A stretch of 64,000 nt of DNA from Candidatus Wolfebacteria bacterium GW2011_GWE2_44_13 (GTDB lineage Bacteria; Patescibacteriota; Minisyncoccia; UBA6257; UBA9933): assembly GCA_001000675.1 (NCBI GenBank), contig LCHW01000003.1:3873-67872 (forward strand). Reading direction: 5' to 3'. The translations under genes and the position numbers were made by a program. Positions 39,671 through 49,371 of the stretch are shown here, one piece after another; positions within the stretch are counted from its first letter, which is position 1; every line of letters begins with the position of its first letter. The notes beneath the pieces were generated by a model, which did no database searches, was not told the origin of the DNA, and saw only the letters and a program-made list of their open reading frames with translations.

Positions 39671-39817
39671 CCCGTATTAGAGATGGGAGGTTTGAGATAA
39701 GAGATGTGAGACGGAAAATTCGACGGGACTCATTATTTCTCTTGGTTCGAATCCAGTAGCGACACTAGTTTTTCATAAGGCTATTAAATTTTGCATAAGT
39801 AAGCTAATGTATAAAAT

Positions 39818-40273
39818 ATGATACATGTAGAATTTATCACTCCATCTTCTTTAAATTGGAATACTTTGGGTAGCCAAATATACAACATAGAGGTGAGCAT
39901 CTTTGGCGAGGAGTCGCTTAGTGAAGAAATGATGAGAGATGACATAAATGACCCCGAGGTTACTTTGGTTTTGTTAAAAAAGGATGAATCTATTGTCGGA
40001 TTTACCTATGCACTTCCTGAAAGCGGTGGAGTTGCCCGTATCGTTGATACGGTAATTATAAAGGAGCGCCAGAGCAAAGGTCTTATTTCTATGCTCATGA
40101 CATGCCTAGAGACAGAATTGCGCAAGAAAGGCTATGAGTATGTCACAAGAGATGCGATGGTTGATAATGGGTATGCGGATAAAATCACGAGAAATTATAG
40201 CTCTCGGATTATTGAGACGAGGGACTTTATTGGAGAATGGGGTAAGCAAAGGTATTTCAAAATTCGCATTTAA
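39818..40273 (+). CDS. GNAT-family N-acetyltransferase
   Basis: IVGF, and RQSKGL motif A-like segment. Confidence 0.65.
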   Translation: MIHVEFITPSSLNWNTLGSQIYNIEVSIFGEESLSEEMMRDDINDPEVTLVLLKKDESIVGFTYALPESGGVARIVDTVIIKERQSKGLISMLMTCLETELRKKGYEYVTRDAMVDNGYADKITRNYSSRIIETRDFIGEWGKQRYFKIRI

Positions 40274-40383
40274 CTAATGGCTAGTTAGCCCCACTTCCAG
40301 AAGTCGTCAAAAAGGTTCCAACATCGTCCCATAGCGCCGACTAAAAAACAACCCACGCAAGTGGGTTGTTTCTTGTATTAAAT

Positions 40384-40495
40384 TAATATATTCAGATAAA
40401 GTGCGAGGCACGGGAATATCAATGAGGAAGCTGTGCAGAAGTACTGCGACCGAATTGATAGGGGCCCGTAACGATGCAATTTGCTGAATATATTA
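40384..40495 (+). repeat. Dispersed structured element copy D
   Basis: Perfect 12-bp terminal IR taatatattcag/ctgaatatatta around the conserved core. Confidence 0.85.
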
Positions 40496-40504
40496 TATTT
40501 AAAT

Positions 40505-40870
40505 TTATTTCAACTCTACTACTGCACCTACATCTTCCAACTGCTTCTTCAAGGCTTCGGCATCTTCCTTCTTCATGCCTTCCTTTACTGCCTTTGGAGC
40601 TGCGTCTACGATATCCTTTGCTTCCTTAAGACCCAATCCGGTTACTTCTTTTACAACCTTGATTACGTTGATCTTCTGGTCGCCTGCTTCTTTCAAGATA
40701 ACGTCATATGCAGACTTCTCTTCCTCTTCAGCTGCTCCTGCTGCTGCGCCTGAACCTGCTGGCATTGATGCTGATACGCCAAACTTTTCTTCCAATACTT
40801 TGACCAATTCCGCCAATTCAACAACGGTCATTGACTCAATCTTTTCGATGATGTCTTTAAACTTTTCCAT
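40505..40870 (-). CDS. rplL: 50S ribosomal protein L7/L12
   Basis: [23 protein letters not shown]. Confidence 0.97.
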   Translation of the reverse strand: MEKFKDIIEKIESMTVVELAELVKVLEEKFGVSASMPAGSGAAAGAAEEEEKSAYDVILKEAGDQKINVIKVVKEVTGLGLKEAKDIVDAAPKAVKEGMKKEDAEALKKQLEDVGAVVELK

Positions 40871-40909
40871 AAAAATAAATTAATTAATTATTCTACCCCT
40901 AAGATGCAC

Positions 40910-41013
40910 ATATTTTAATGGAGTGCGAGGCATGGGAATATCGATGAGGAAGCTGTACAAGAAGTACTGCGCCGAATCGATAGGGGCCCATAACGAAGCA
41001 ATCCGCAAAATAT
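40910..41013 (+). repeat. Dispersed structured element copy E (between rplJ and rplL)
   Basis: gtgcgaggcatgggaatatcgatgaggaagctgtac..gtactgcgccgaatcgataggggcccataacgaagca; very close to copy D. Confidence 0.85.
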
Positions 41014-41019
41014 ACAATC

Positions 41020-41520
41020 TTACTTCGAACCCATTTCTGCTTTTTGACTAAGTACATACATAAACATACGAATCGGTGCGGCAAGCATACCAACGACCTG
41101 TCCAATAAGAACTTCTCGTGATGGCAACTGACCAATCTGCTTCGTTGTTTTTGCATCCATGAATACCTTCCCTTCCATGTCATATGCTCCATAGATATCA
41201 CATCCTTTCTTTTCCTTCGATTTGAAGAATTTATAGACAGGGGCTGCAACATCGGAGATATTTGCTGAAGAAAAGATTGTTGCGAGCTGTGTTTCGAATT
41301 GTTCTGGGTTGATATCAACTCCTGCCTTTTCGAGAGACACGCGCAACAGCTTTTTGTTCACAACTCGTACGGTTGATCCGAGGGGACGCAAGGTCTTTTT
41401 CAATTCCTTGATATCTTCCACGCCAGTTCCAGAGAAGTTGATGAACATTAGATTCTTGCTATTCTTTAGCAATTCTTGCGTTTCCGCAATGATTACTTTC
41501 TTTTGATCTCTTGTTTTCAT
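41020..41520 (-). CDS. rplJ: 50S ribosomal protein L10
   Basis: Upstream of rplL; LPSREVLI.Q...AP C-terminal motif. Confidence 0.92.
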   Translation of the reverse strand: MKTRDQKKVIIAETQELLKNSKNLMFINFSGTGVEDIKELKKTLRPLGSTVRVVNKKLLRVSLEKAGVDINPEQFETQLATIFSSANISDVAAPVYKFFKSKEKKGCDIYGAYDMEGKVFMDAKTTKQIGQLPSREVLIGQVVGMLAAPIRMFMYVLSQKAEMGSK

Positions 41521-41640
41521 TGTATTCTGCTTTTTGGTTTTTTAACTTCTCGACCTTTCATACCGTTTCTATATTCCTTCGGTTTTACTCAGGATAAATA
41601 AAAAACGGCATACCGCCGCAGAATCGTCCTAAATTAGGAG

Positions 41641-41758
41641 TTTCCTCGGTAGGGTTTACTCGGTTGAGGCCAGCCCATTTACAATGGGCTGGATCCTCGC
41701 TGTTGCAACCGATCGCTTCGCTTTCGGGCAACGCCGGGACCTACTGTCTACGGTATTG
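41641..41758 (-). promoter_or_regulatory. L10 ribosomal leader (autoregulatory RNA) with expanded loop
   Basis: Minus strand ccgtagacagtagg ... cctaccgagg core upstream of rplJ. Confidence 0.7.
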
Positions 41759-41844
41759 GCTCTATAATAGTTTAATGCTGTTCTTTTGTCAACAAAAAAG
41801 GGCCTCTTGCGAGGCCCTTTGGGAATATCTCCCGTGTTTCATAA

Positions 41845-42138
41845 TTACCAGAAGGAAATGATTCCCTCCACGATCGGCTGGATTTTTCCCCTAACCGCAA
41901 GTTGATCGGCATGAGAGATAGTCTCCACGTTTACCGATGTTGACTTCCCCTCCCGTTTATATTTCCCGACCTTATACCCCGGAACCACTGCGTAGGGATT
42001 CCTGCTCCCCCCAGGATGCGCCTGCATGAACACAACCGTTCTTCCATCATGGAGAATCTCTTGAAGCGATCCCCAATTCACGCTTATGTTTCCTTCGAGA
42101 CTTCTTCCGGTGGTGTGGCGCAATTTCCGATTCGCCAT
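41845..42138 (-). CDS. Small orphan protein with own promoter, SD and terminator
   Basis: SD aaggag, upstream TTGACA, downstream aaagggcctc/gaggcccttt hairpin. Confidence 0.55.
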   Translation of the reverse strand: MANRKLRHTTGRSLEGNISVNWGSLQEILHDGRTVVFMQAHPGGSRNPYAVVPGYKVGKYKREGKSTSVNVETISHADQLAVRGKIQPIVEGIISFW

Positions 42139-42208
42139 GCGTCTCTCCTTCTTGTTATCGAATTTTTAGTGCTGATTATATTAAACACTATTTTTAATAT
42201 TTGTCAAC

Positions 42209-42733
42209 TTATTCTTCAGCCCTCCCAGCCTCTTCTTTCTTTCTTCTTTTCTTAATCACAACTCCCAAATCCCTGGCAACTGATACGATTGCGGCCTCCC
42301 CTTCTTTTGAAACTGTCCATGCAAATACCAGTGTCTCTTTTGGTTTATTTTCTGTAATTTCCATAACTTGCGCTATGGTCATTTTTTTTACATACCCTTT
42401 CCCTCTATATTCCGGTTTCGTAAATGCGGCAAATAGATAGAGCGCGTCGTGCGTGTTGCTGTACTCAGTTTTATCAAGTAATTCTTGTTCCGTTATTCGC
42501 CGCTCGATAAAATCATTTGCCAATTCTTTTGACGTCGGGATTACAACTGTCCATGCAATCAGCTCTCCCTGCTCATTTACCGCAAACTTATACGCCGAAG
42601 GATGCAACGAAGAAATCTTCTCATAATTTTCGCGTGTTGCTTTAATCTCTGTGGGGTCATTAAACTGCGCAAAAAATTCGCCTCCTACCTTTAGCACTTC
42701 TTCAATATATTTTTCTTTTATAATTTCATTCAT
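42209..42733 (-). CDS. GNAT-like hypothetical protein
   Basis: PEYRGKGY acetyl-CoA-binding-like motif. Confidence 0.6.
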   Translation of the reverse strand: MNEIIKEKYIEEVLKVGGEFFAQFNDPTEIKATRENYEKISSLHPSAYKFAVNEQGELIAWTVVIPTSKELANDFIERRITEQELLDKTEYSNTHDALYLFAAFTKPEYRGKGYVKKMTIAQVMEITENKPKETLVFAWTVSKEGEAAIVSVARDLGVVIKKRRKKEEAGRAEE

Positions 42734-43067
42734 ATCGTTCGTTCAATTCGCTTAGAATTTCCGCTGGCAATGGTTCACCTATTTTTGTTTTCCCTGGATA
42801 TCTCCACGCAGAAATAACTCTTCGCTCGCTTGGCGTCTCCACAATCATAACCCATATTTCTTGATTCCAATCTTCTGTTCCTTTCCCTGTATTTGTCATC
42901 GATACTGGTTGCATCAATGCAATTGTGTTTTCCGCAATGCCCTCTTCTATACGCCGCGGTGTATGTAAAACACGCCGCACTCGTCCTTCGGACAATCGGT
43001 AATATTGCATCTTCATCTTTGCGTGACTAGTCCACTTCAGTGGTTTTATTTTTTTGATTGCAAACAT
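42726..43067 (-). CDS. DUF4258-like small protein
   Basis: WT.HA..KM......V..VL..P, and ISAWR pattern. Confidence 0.55.
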   Translation of the reverse strand: MFAIKKIKPLKWTSHAKMKMQYYRLSEGRVRRVLHTPRRIEEGIAENTIALMQPVSMTNTGKGTEDWNQEIWVMIVETPSERRVISAWRYPGKTKIGEPLPAEILSELNERYE

Positions 43068-43190
43068 ATTTTTTTCTACAACGATAAGGACGGAAATGAA
43101 ATCTTTTGCTATAATTATAGCAAATCACATGCCGTTTATCGGCATCTTCGTGTATACACCTAATTCATTATTGCATCTTTTACTCACCTT

Positions 43191-45110
43191 ATGAATCTAT
43201 CAAAATTCTTCGCTTCCGCACAATACGTTCTCCTCGCAATTATTCTTTCGGTTTCGTTTCTCTTGATGTATGATTCGTCACAAAAGGAGGCTGCGATTAT
43301 GGACGAGCTTGCGCATATTCCTGCGGGATATGGGTATGTAAGTGAACTTGATGCGCGTCTTAATCCAGAGCATCCGCCATTAGTCAAAATAGCGGCTGCG
43401 TTACCCCTATTATTCCTCGACCTTAACTTTCCTACCGATAGTACTGCATGGAAAGATGATGTAAACGGACAATGGGTCATGGGGTCGCAATTTCTCTATG
43501 AATCCGGCAATGATGCGGATAGAATTCTTGCAGTATCGCGCCTTGGACCAATAATACTCATGCTTCTTCTCTCTTTGCTCGTGTTCGTATGGTCACGCTC
43601 ATTGATGGGTTCTTGGTGGGCGCTTCTTCCAACCACGCTCACTGCGTTTTCTCCGTCCATGCTTGCCCATGGGCACTATGTCACCACCGATGTTGGCGCA
43701 TCACTTGGTTTTATTTTGGCGATCTACTTTTTCGGCAAGTTTATGCTGCACAATACGAAAAAGAATCTTGCCTATGCCGGTGTTGCCTATGGTATCGCAC
43801 AGCTTCTTAAGTTTTCTGCGGTGCTTCTTATTCCGCTTTTCCTTTTCCTTATCGCAATATTTGTGTTTGTAAAAGCGTTTAATCATCGCGTTTCCCTTCT
43901 CTCGAAGCTTGGCTATGTTGTTAACTATAGCTTCCGCTATCTTGGCTACCTTGCTGGTATTTTCGCTGTCGGTTATTTCCTTGTGTATTTGGTATATATC
44001 CCTATCACAATCAATTATCCGATGGAAAAACAGAAGTCGGATACTACCTATATCCTTTCTAACTTTGGTGGAGAAAATAACACTATCCCCGAGTGCACTA
44101 TCACTGCCCCAAAGGCACGCTGCTTAGCAGACCTTACGATTGCAATGACGACCAATACCATTGCACGTCCGTTTGCACAATACATGCTCGGCGTATTGAT
44201 GGTTACCCAGCGTGCTGCAGGAGGCGCTACCGGATACTTTATGAATGAGGTTTCTAATGCTGGCTGGTGGTACTACTTCCCTGTCGTCTTCTTCTATAAA
44301 GAGCCGCTTCCTTCTCTTATCCTTATTGGATTTGCATTGCTTCTCGGCATTGGGACGTTCCTCAAAAACTTCCGTGGGCCGTCACGTCTCAAAGAACGAT
44401 TCTTTACGTACGTCAATCTCAATTTTGCTGAGTTCTCTATGCTCTCGTTTATTGCCTTGTATTGGCTGTACAGCATGAGTAGCCCCCTTAATATCGGAGT
44501 TCGCCATGTGCTCCCGACAATTCCGCTAATGTATATTCTTACTGCGGGACGGATTAAGCAATGGACACGACAAGAGCTCGATCTTTCGTATGGATTACTA
44601 CGTAATATACTTACTGTTATTTGGAGCACGCTTAAGTCATCCTTTAAAACAGCGATTATCCTCTTCTTCGTACTCTGGTATATCGCTGAAGCGTTTCTTG
44701 CTGGCCCTTATTTCATCTCCTATTTTAATGAGCTCGCCGATGGCACTCCTAATGGATACCGCATTGTAACCGACTCTAACTATGACTGGGGGCAAGATCT
44801 TAAACGTCTCGCAGAGTTTACCGAACAAAATAATATCTCCAAGATTGCTGTCAATTACTTCGGCGGAGGAAGTCTCCCCTACTATTTTGGCGACAAGGCC
44901 GTTGCATGGAACTCTACAATGGGCAATCCAAAGCAAGAAGGTATTGAGTGGTTTGCTATATCTATTAACAATCTACAAAGCAGTATTGCCCCGATCGTTT
45001 CTGACTTGCATCGCAATCCTGAAGATGAGTACCCTTGGCTTCTCAAAGATAAGTCGCCCTATAGTCCAGATGCTCGAGCTGGAACGTCGATATTTATCTA
45101 TAAGTTGTGA
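43191..45110 (+). CDS. GT-C (family 39/ArnT-like) membrane glycosyltransferase
   Basis: DE..H, EHPPL.K, many TMs, DSNYDWGQDL. Confidence 0.85.
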   Translation: MNLSKFFASAQYVLLAIILSVSFLLMYDSSQKEAAIMDELAHIPAGYGYVSELDARLNPEHPPLVKIAAALPLLFLDLNFPTDSTAWKDDVNGQWVMGSQFLYESGNDADRILAVSRLGPIILMLLLSLLVFVWSRSLMGSWWALLPTTLTAFSPSMLAHGHYVTTDVGASLGFILAIYFFGKFMLHNTKKNLAYAGVAYGIAQLLKFSAVLLIPLFLFLIAIFVFVKAFNHRVSLLSKLGYVVNYSFRYLGYLAGIFAVGYFLVYLVYIPITINYPMEKQKSDTTYILSNFGGENNTIPECTITAPKARCLADLTIAMTTNTIARPFAQYMLGVLMVTQRAAGGATGYFMNEVSNAGWWYYFPVVFFYKEPLPSLILIGFALLLGIGTFLKNFRGPSRLKERFFTYVNLNFAEFSMLSFIALYWLYSMSSPLNIGVRHVLPTIPLMYILTAGRIKQWTRQELDLSYGLLRNILTVIWSTLKSSFKTAIILFFVLWYIAEAFLAGPYFISYFNELADGTPNGYRIVTDSNYDWGQDLKRLAEFTEQNNISKIAVNYFGGGSLPYYFGDKAVAWNSTMGNPKQEGIEWFAISINNLQSSIAPIVSDLHRNPEDEYPWLLKDKSPYSPDARAGTSIFIYKL

Positions 45111-45213
45111 TACCAAACCCATGCGCCTTAGGCGCATGGGTTTTTGTTTACATCCTTCCTATTATATGGTATTTAAAAAGTAGCACCATATCACGATTCA
45201 AAGGAGGCAATAT

Positions 45214-45573
45214 ATGCCGCAAGTTTTAATTTTAGACAGTACGGGCGGAGCACTTACCGCTCGCAACCTCAAGGATACCCTTGAGACAGCCCTTCACACT
45301 ATCGTCGCAAAGGAGCTCGGCACAAGCGACATTTTACTGGACCCGAGTAAAGTAGGGGTAGTGACAATCCCCTGTAGCATGAATTACTTCGAAGCCGGCC
45401 CCACGAGCCAAATCTGCATTATGGTTTTCGCGCATTGGTCTCAAGAGCGCGAGGACAACCTGGAGTCTGTTCGCGTGCCGCAAATTGCAGCGGGTGTTAG
45501 GGAAATTCTCCCCGAGGACATTTGCGGCGGCGTCTTCGTGCGTCTCGCTCCTGGCGGCTTCGCTAAATTTTAG
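45214..45573 (+). CDS. Orphan protein, possibly tautomerase/MIF-like
   Basis: SD aaggagg; Pro after the initiator Met; beta-alpha-beta-like pattern. Confidence 0.55.
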   Translation: MPQVLILDSTGGALTARNLKDTLETALHTIVAKELGTSDILLDPSKVGVVTIPCSMNYFEAGPTSQICIMVFAHWSQEREDNLESVRVPQIAAGVREILPEDICGGVFVRLAPGGFAKF

Positions 45574-45590
45574 CCACAGTCAGCCACACC

Positions 45591-45625
45591 AAAACAGGCT
45601 CCTGAAAGGGAGCCTGTATTTTTTT
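45591..45625 (+). terminator. Intrinsic terminator (paralogous to 46124-46157)
   Basis: aaaacaggctcctgaaagggagcctgtatttttt. Confidence 0.75.
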
Positions 45626-45698
45626 ACTTGCATAACTAATATCTTTATGGTATTAAGAAATCAGCACACTATCTTTCTAGAAAAAGGAGCTTATCCGT

Positions 45699-46109
45699 AT
45701 GAGTAAACCCCGCTGTATCACGTGGGATCTGGCAGCCACAAGAATCCTCGACGCACTCTCATCGCCCGAAGCAAACAAAGCAGTCGCCGATCTTACAGAA
45801 TTTCTTACTGGGACTGATGGGCGAAACGCCATTCATTGCCTCCTTAATTTTACGGGACGGCATATTGTCTTTGCCGAAGTAATAGAGGTTCATCCCGTCA
45901 TACCCCGCACTGTTTATGCTCTTACGAAAGTGGGGCTCGTAAAAACTGGCGCATCCTCAACGCTGCCAGGTGGCTTTCCTGAAACAATTCCCATTTCTGC
46001 TGCCGAGATAGTTGGAGCTACTATTCAGTTTGGGAATACAAAGCCCGAGCAAATCATGCCCTGGCTCCTCGCCGAGCTCGATACCATTGCCGCAGAAACG
46101 CTCCCATAA
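45699..46109 (+). CDS. Orphan hypothetical protein
   Basis: 136-aa ORF with SD aaaggag, own promoter and terminator. Confidence 0.6.
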   Translation: MSKPRCITWDLAATRILDALSSPEANKAVADLTEFLTGTDGRNAIHCLLNFTGRHIVFAEVIEVHPVIPRTVYALTKVGLVKTGASSTLPGGFPETIPISAAEIVGATIQFGNTKPEQIMPWLLAELDTIAAETLP

Positions 46110-46123
46110 TCGCATCACGTAAC

Positions 46124-46157
46124 AAAACAGGCTCCCGAAAGGGAGCCTGCATTTTTT
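46124..46157 (+). terminator. Intrinsic terminator, possibly bidirectional
   Basis: aaaacaggctcccgaaagggagcctgcatttttt. Confidence 0.75.
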
Positions 46158-46165
46158 ATACTCTT

Positions 46166-47074
46166 TTACAATTTCAAATATTTCCTTACTGCAATATAGC
46201 TCGACAATACGCCAAGCCCAACGCCGAAGAATACTTGTGCGAACATAAATGAGAAAAAGTTCGAAAGATAATATGTCCAGCCATTAATATCCGGAACAAA
46301 TATACTTGCATACGGTGCGGTATAGAACACCGCAATCGTAACCACAATAATACTCATAATACTCCCTGTTATTCCGTATATTATTCCTTCCACCATGTAG
46401 GGCCCACGGATAAAGAAGTTTGATGCTCCTACAAGCCGCATAACTGCAAGCTCGTCTCGATTGGAATAAATTGCAAGTCGAATGGTATTAAAAATGATAA
46501 GTGCTGCAATAAGGCTGATAAACACAACGAGTAGTAGCCCGCCCTGCTCTACCGTACCCTTAATCTTCTTTAGCCGATCAATAACTCCAATATTCTGTGT
46601 ATATGATATTTTGTCGGTAATTTCCTTATACGTATCTTTTTCAAGATATCCTGCAATTGCTTCGTAATCTCTTAGCTCTCGTGCCTTAATGTTAAGCGAC
46701 GCAGCAAGTGGGTTTGAATCAATTGCTTCCAATGCTTGTGATACCGTGGAATCGTCTTTGTGCTGTTCTTTAAATTCTTCCAGAGCCTTGTCTCGCGAAA
46801 TATATTCCACTGACTTCACCTCGGGCAAGCTTTCAAGCGAACGCTGCACTTCTAACATACGATCTTCTGGAGCATCTACTTTAAAATAGACGCTGACGTC
46901 GATCTTATCCTGAATATCAGTTAAGACGATGTTTGCCAATGAATTAAACATTAACAAACCGCCGAGCCCAACCAACACAAGGAATACGATGGCAATTGTC
47001 GCAGTGGACAGCCAGCCGTTTCTCCAAAATCCAACGAGCCCATATTTTATAACACGTGATAGTGTGGTTAGCAT
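46166..47074 (-). CDS. ftsX: Cell division permease FtsX
   Basis: 4 TM, NPL.AS, NTIRLAIYS, MRLVGAS..FIRGP...EG. Confidence 0.92.
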   Translation of the reverse strand: MLTTLSRVIKYGLVGFWRNGWLSTATIAIVFLVLVGLGGLLMFNSLANIVLTDIQDKIDVSVYFKVDAPEDRMLEVQRSLESLPEVKSVEYISRDKALEEFKEQHKDDSTVSQALEAIDSNPLAASLNIKARELRDYEAIAGYLEKDTYKEITDKISYTQNIGVIDRLKKIKGTVEQGGLLLVVFISLIAALIIFNTIRLAIYSNRDELAVMRLVGASNFFIRGPYMVEGIIYGITGSIMSIIVVTIAVFYTAPYASIFVPDINGWTYYLSNFFSFMFAQVFFGVGLGVLSSYIAVRKYLKL

Positions 47075-47098
47075 AGAATAAAATTTCTAGTTTTCTCG

Positions 47099-47791
47099 TT
47101 ACACAAGAATATACTTTCCTTCCTCCTCATCTCGAATGACCCGACCATCTTCGATACTGATAACGCGCTTGTTAATACTATTAACAATCTCCTTGTTGTG
47201 TGTGGTTAAAATAACTGTTGTTCCCAACTCGTTAATCTTAAGGAGTAGCTTGAGAATTTCCCATGTGTTCACTGGGTCCAAATTTCCCGTTGGCTCATCC
47301 GCGATAATAACATCTGGATGGTTGATCATTGCTCGTGCAATGGCTACCCGTTGCTTTTCTCCGCCCGACAATTCACGAGGGAAGTTGCGCATCTTATCCT
47401 TTAATCCAACCATTTCAAGTGCCTGTGGTACAAACTCCATAATCTCCTGCTGTGTTCGTCCGGCAACTTCTAGTGCGAACGCAACATTTTCATATGCATT
47501 CTTATTTGCAAGTAATCGAAAATCTTGGAATATAACTCCCATCTTGCGTCGTAAAAATGGCAGCTCATTTGGCTTTAACTTATTTACATTGTATGAACCA
47601 AAACTTACCTTTCCTTTGGTCGGCTTTTCTTCGCCGGTCAATAATTTTATCAATGTAGACTTTCCCGCTCCCGACTTTCCTACCATAGACACAAATTCCT
47701 TTTGATGAATGTGTAGATTGATGTCCTCTACTGCGACCGTTTCATGATCGTCTATGTTGTAAATCTTCGTAACGTTTTGAAAAATAATCAT
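47099..47791 (-). CDS. ftsE: Cell division ATPase FtsE
   Basis: GKSGAGKS, FQDFRLL, LSGGEKQR, DEPTGNLD; upstream of ftsX. Confidence 0.92.
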   Translation of the reverse strand: MIIFQNVTKIYNIDDHETVAVEDINLHIHQKEFVSMVGKSGAGKSTLIKLLTGEEKPTKGKVSFGSYNVNKLKPNELPFLRRKMGVIFQDFRLLANKNAYENVAFALEVAGRTQQEIMEFVPQALEMVGLKDKMRNFPRELSGGEKQRVAIARAMINHPDVIIADEPTGNLDPVNTWEILKLLLKINELGTTVILTTHNKEIVNSINKRVISIEDGRVIRDEEEGKYILV

Positions 47792-47945
47792 TGGTGCGTA
47801 AATAATGAATCAACCAATATGAATTGAGGGGTCTCAAAAGAGCTCCTTTATTCGTACTGTGTACTTCGCTATCTGTATTTATAATTATACTCCTTGCCTA
47901 TCGATAATTCAATAAAATACCACCAGCCCTAGGCTGGTGGTATTT

Positions 47946-49031
47946 TTATCCTAACTCTGCATCGATAAATTCATCCAATTCTCCACCCAGTACTCGCTCT
48001 GCCTGCGATGTTTCAACTCCTGTTCGATGATCTTTAACCATCTTATACGGATTCAACACATACGAACGAATCTGACTTCCCCATTCTACTTTTACTCTTG
48101 TTTTTAAATCAGTTACTTCTTTTGCCTGCTGCTCTTCCATTAACTTTACCAATCGTCCACGCAATAAGTTCATTGCAAGCATTCGGTTTGCCATCTGTGA
48201 TCGCTCAACGCGCGACGACGCAATAACTCCGGTTGGAACGTGCGTAATGCGCACTGCAGTTTCCACCTTGTTTACATTCTGTCCTCCTGGACCCCCTGCG
48301 CGGGAGAATTCTACCTTTAGATCGTCTTCTGGGATAACAAACGTTTCCAAATCTACTTGTGGCAAATCTGGCATAACTTCAACAAGACAAAATGATGTAT
48401 GGCGCTTGTCTTCTGCAGAAAATGGCGACACCCGTACCAATCGATGCACACCGTACTCCTTTTTTAAATAGCCATATGCATACTTTCCTTTTACTTCAAA
48501 AGTCACTCCCTTATATGCGTGTCGGGCTGTCTTTGATTGCTCTCCTTCGCTCTCATCGATAATAGTAAACTTCCATCCTCGACGTCGCGCATATCCCTCG
48601 TACATTTCGCACAACATTCCTGCCCAATCTTCTGATTCATTGCCTCCTGCACCCGCCTGAATCGTTACTACGGCAGATTGTATATCATACTTTCCGCTAA
48701 ATAACTTTTCCGTTTCTATTTTGTTTAATTTTGCCTTTAATGCCGCTAGTGCATCGGTGATTTCTCCCTCTTCTTTTTTATCATCCATGACCAACTCGAT
48801 CATTTCTATCTCTTCCCCTATTTCCTTAAACTTCTTTACCATTTCGTTTGTTTCCCCTAGTTCCTTAATCTTAGCATCGGCATTTTCCCGATTGTTCCAA
48901 AAATCAGGATCTCCCATTTCAGCCTCTAGCTCTTTTACGCGAATTGCTTTTGTATCGATATCGAAAGAAGCCCGCAAGGCTGCGGCTTCTGCATGAATAT
49001 CCTCTAGTTGTCTTTTTTGTTCTTCTGTCAT
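47946..49031 (-). CDS. prfB: Peptide chain release factor 2 (single uninterrupted ORF)
   Basis: SPF anticodon-mimic motif, [12 protein letters not shown]. Confidence 0.95.
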   Translation of the reverse strand: MTEEQKRQLEDIHAEAAALRASFDIDTKAIRVKELEAEMGDPDFWNNRENADAKIKELGETNEMVKKFKEIGEEIEMIELVMDDKKEEGEITDALAALKAKLNKIETEKLFSGKYDIQSAVVTIQAGAGGNESEDWAGMLCEMYEGYARRRGWKFTIIDESEGEQSKTARHAYKGVTFEVKGKYAYGYLKKEYGVHRLVRVSPFSAEDKRHTSFCLVEVMPDLPQVDLETFVIPEDDLKVEFSRAGGPGGQNVNKVETAVRITHVPTGVIASSRVERSQMANRMLAMNLLRGRLVKLMEEQQAKEVTDLKTRVKVEWGSQIRSYVLNPYKMVKDHRTGVETSQAERVLGGELDEFIDAELG

Positions 49032-49046
49032 ATATATTTTAAAATC

Positions 49047-49122
49047 TGGAGCCAGTGGCCGGAATTGAACCGGCGACCTACGCGTTACGAGTGCGTTGCT
49101 CTACCAACTGAGCTACACTGGC
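49047..49122 (-). tRNA. tRNA-Thr(CGT), CCA encoded
   Basis: gccagtgtagctcagttggtagagc..ctcgtaa..ggttcaattcc..cactggctcca. Confidence 0.93.
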
Positions 49123-49296
49123 GTGTTTCTTTATCTATTATAACGATTGGGCCTTCCTCTGCTCAGTATTCGCAAGCGCCCTATCGGGTGCAGTGCTCTC
49201 GTCGGAGCCGTTGTATATGAACGGCTCCGACATCACGGCACGTTGCACGCTCTTCGTCCGTCGGCTGACGAACGAATCCCTAGCAACGCCGAGTGT

Positions 49297-49315
49297 CCAA
49301 CTGAGCTACACTGGC
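49297..49315 (-). repeat. Duplicate of the tRNA-Thr 5' end
   Basis: ccaactgagctacactggc identical to 49104-49122. Confidence 0.8.
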
Positions 49316-49371
49316 ATACAAAGGGCTCCCCCTCACAGGGAGCCATTCGAATCGCAAGATTTTTCCATGGC

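Noticed and set aside
39725-39765. tRNA-like fragment ggactcat...ggttcgaatcc downstream of tRNA-Val
   Set aside because: Matches are only 8-11 bp and no cloverleaf forms; may be another degenerate tRNA duplicate but cannot be supported
42209-43067. Possible toxin-antitoxin pair (DUF4258-like plus GNAT-like, 8-bp overlap)
   Set aside because: No antitoxin-like DNA-binding partner is recognisable and both family calls are weak
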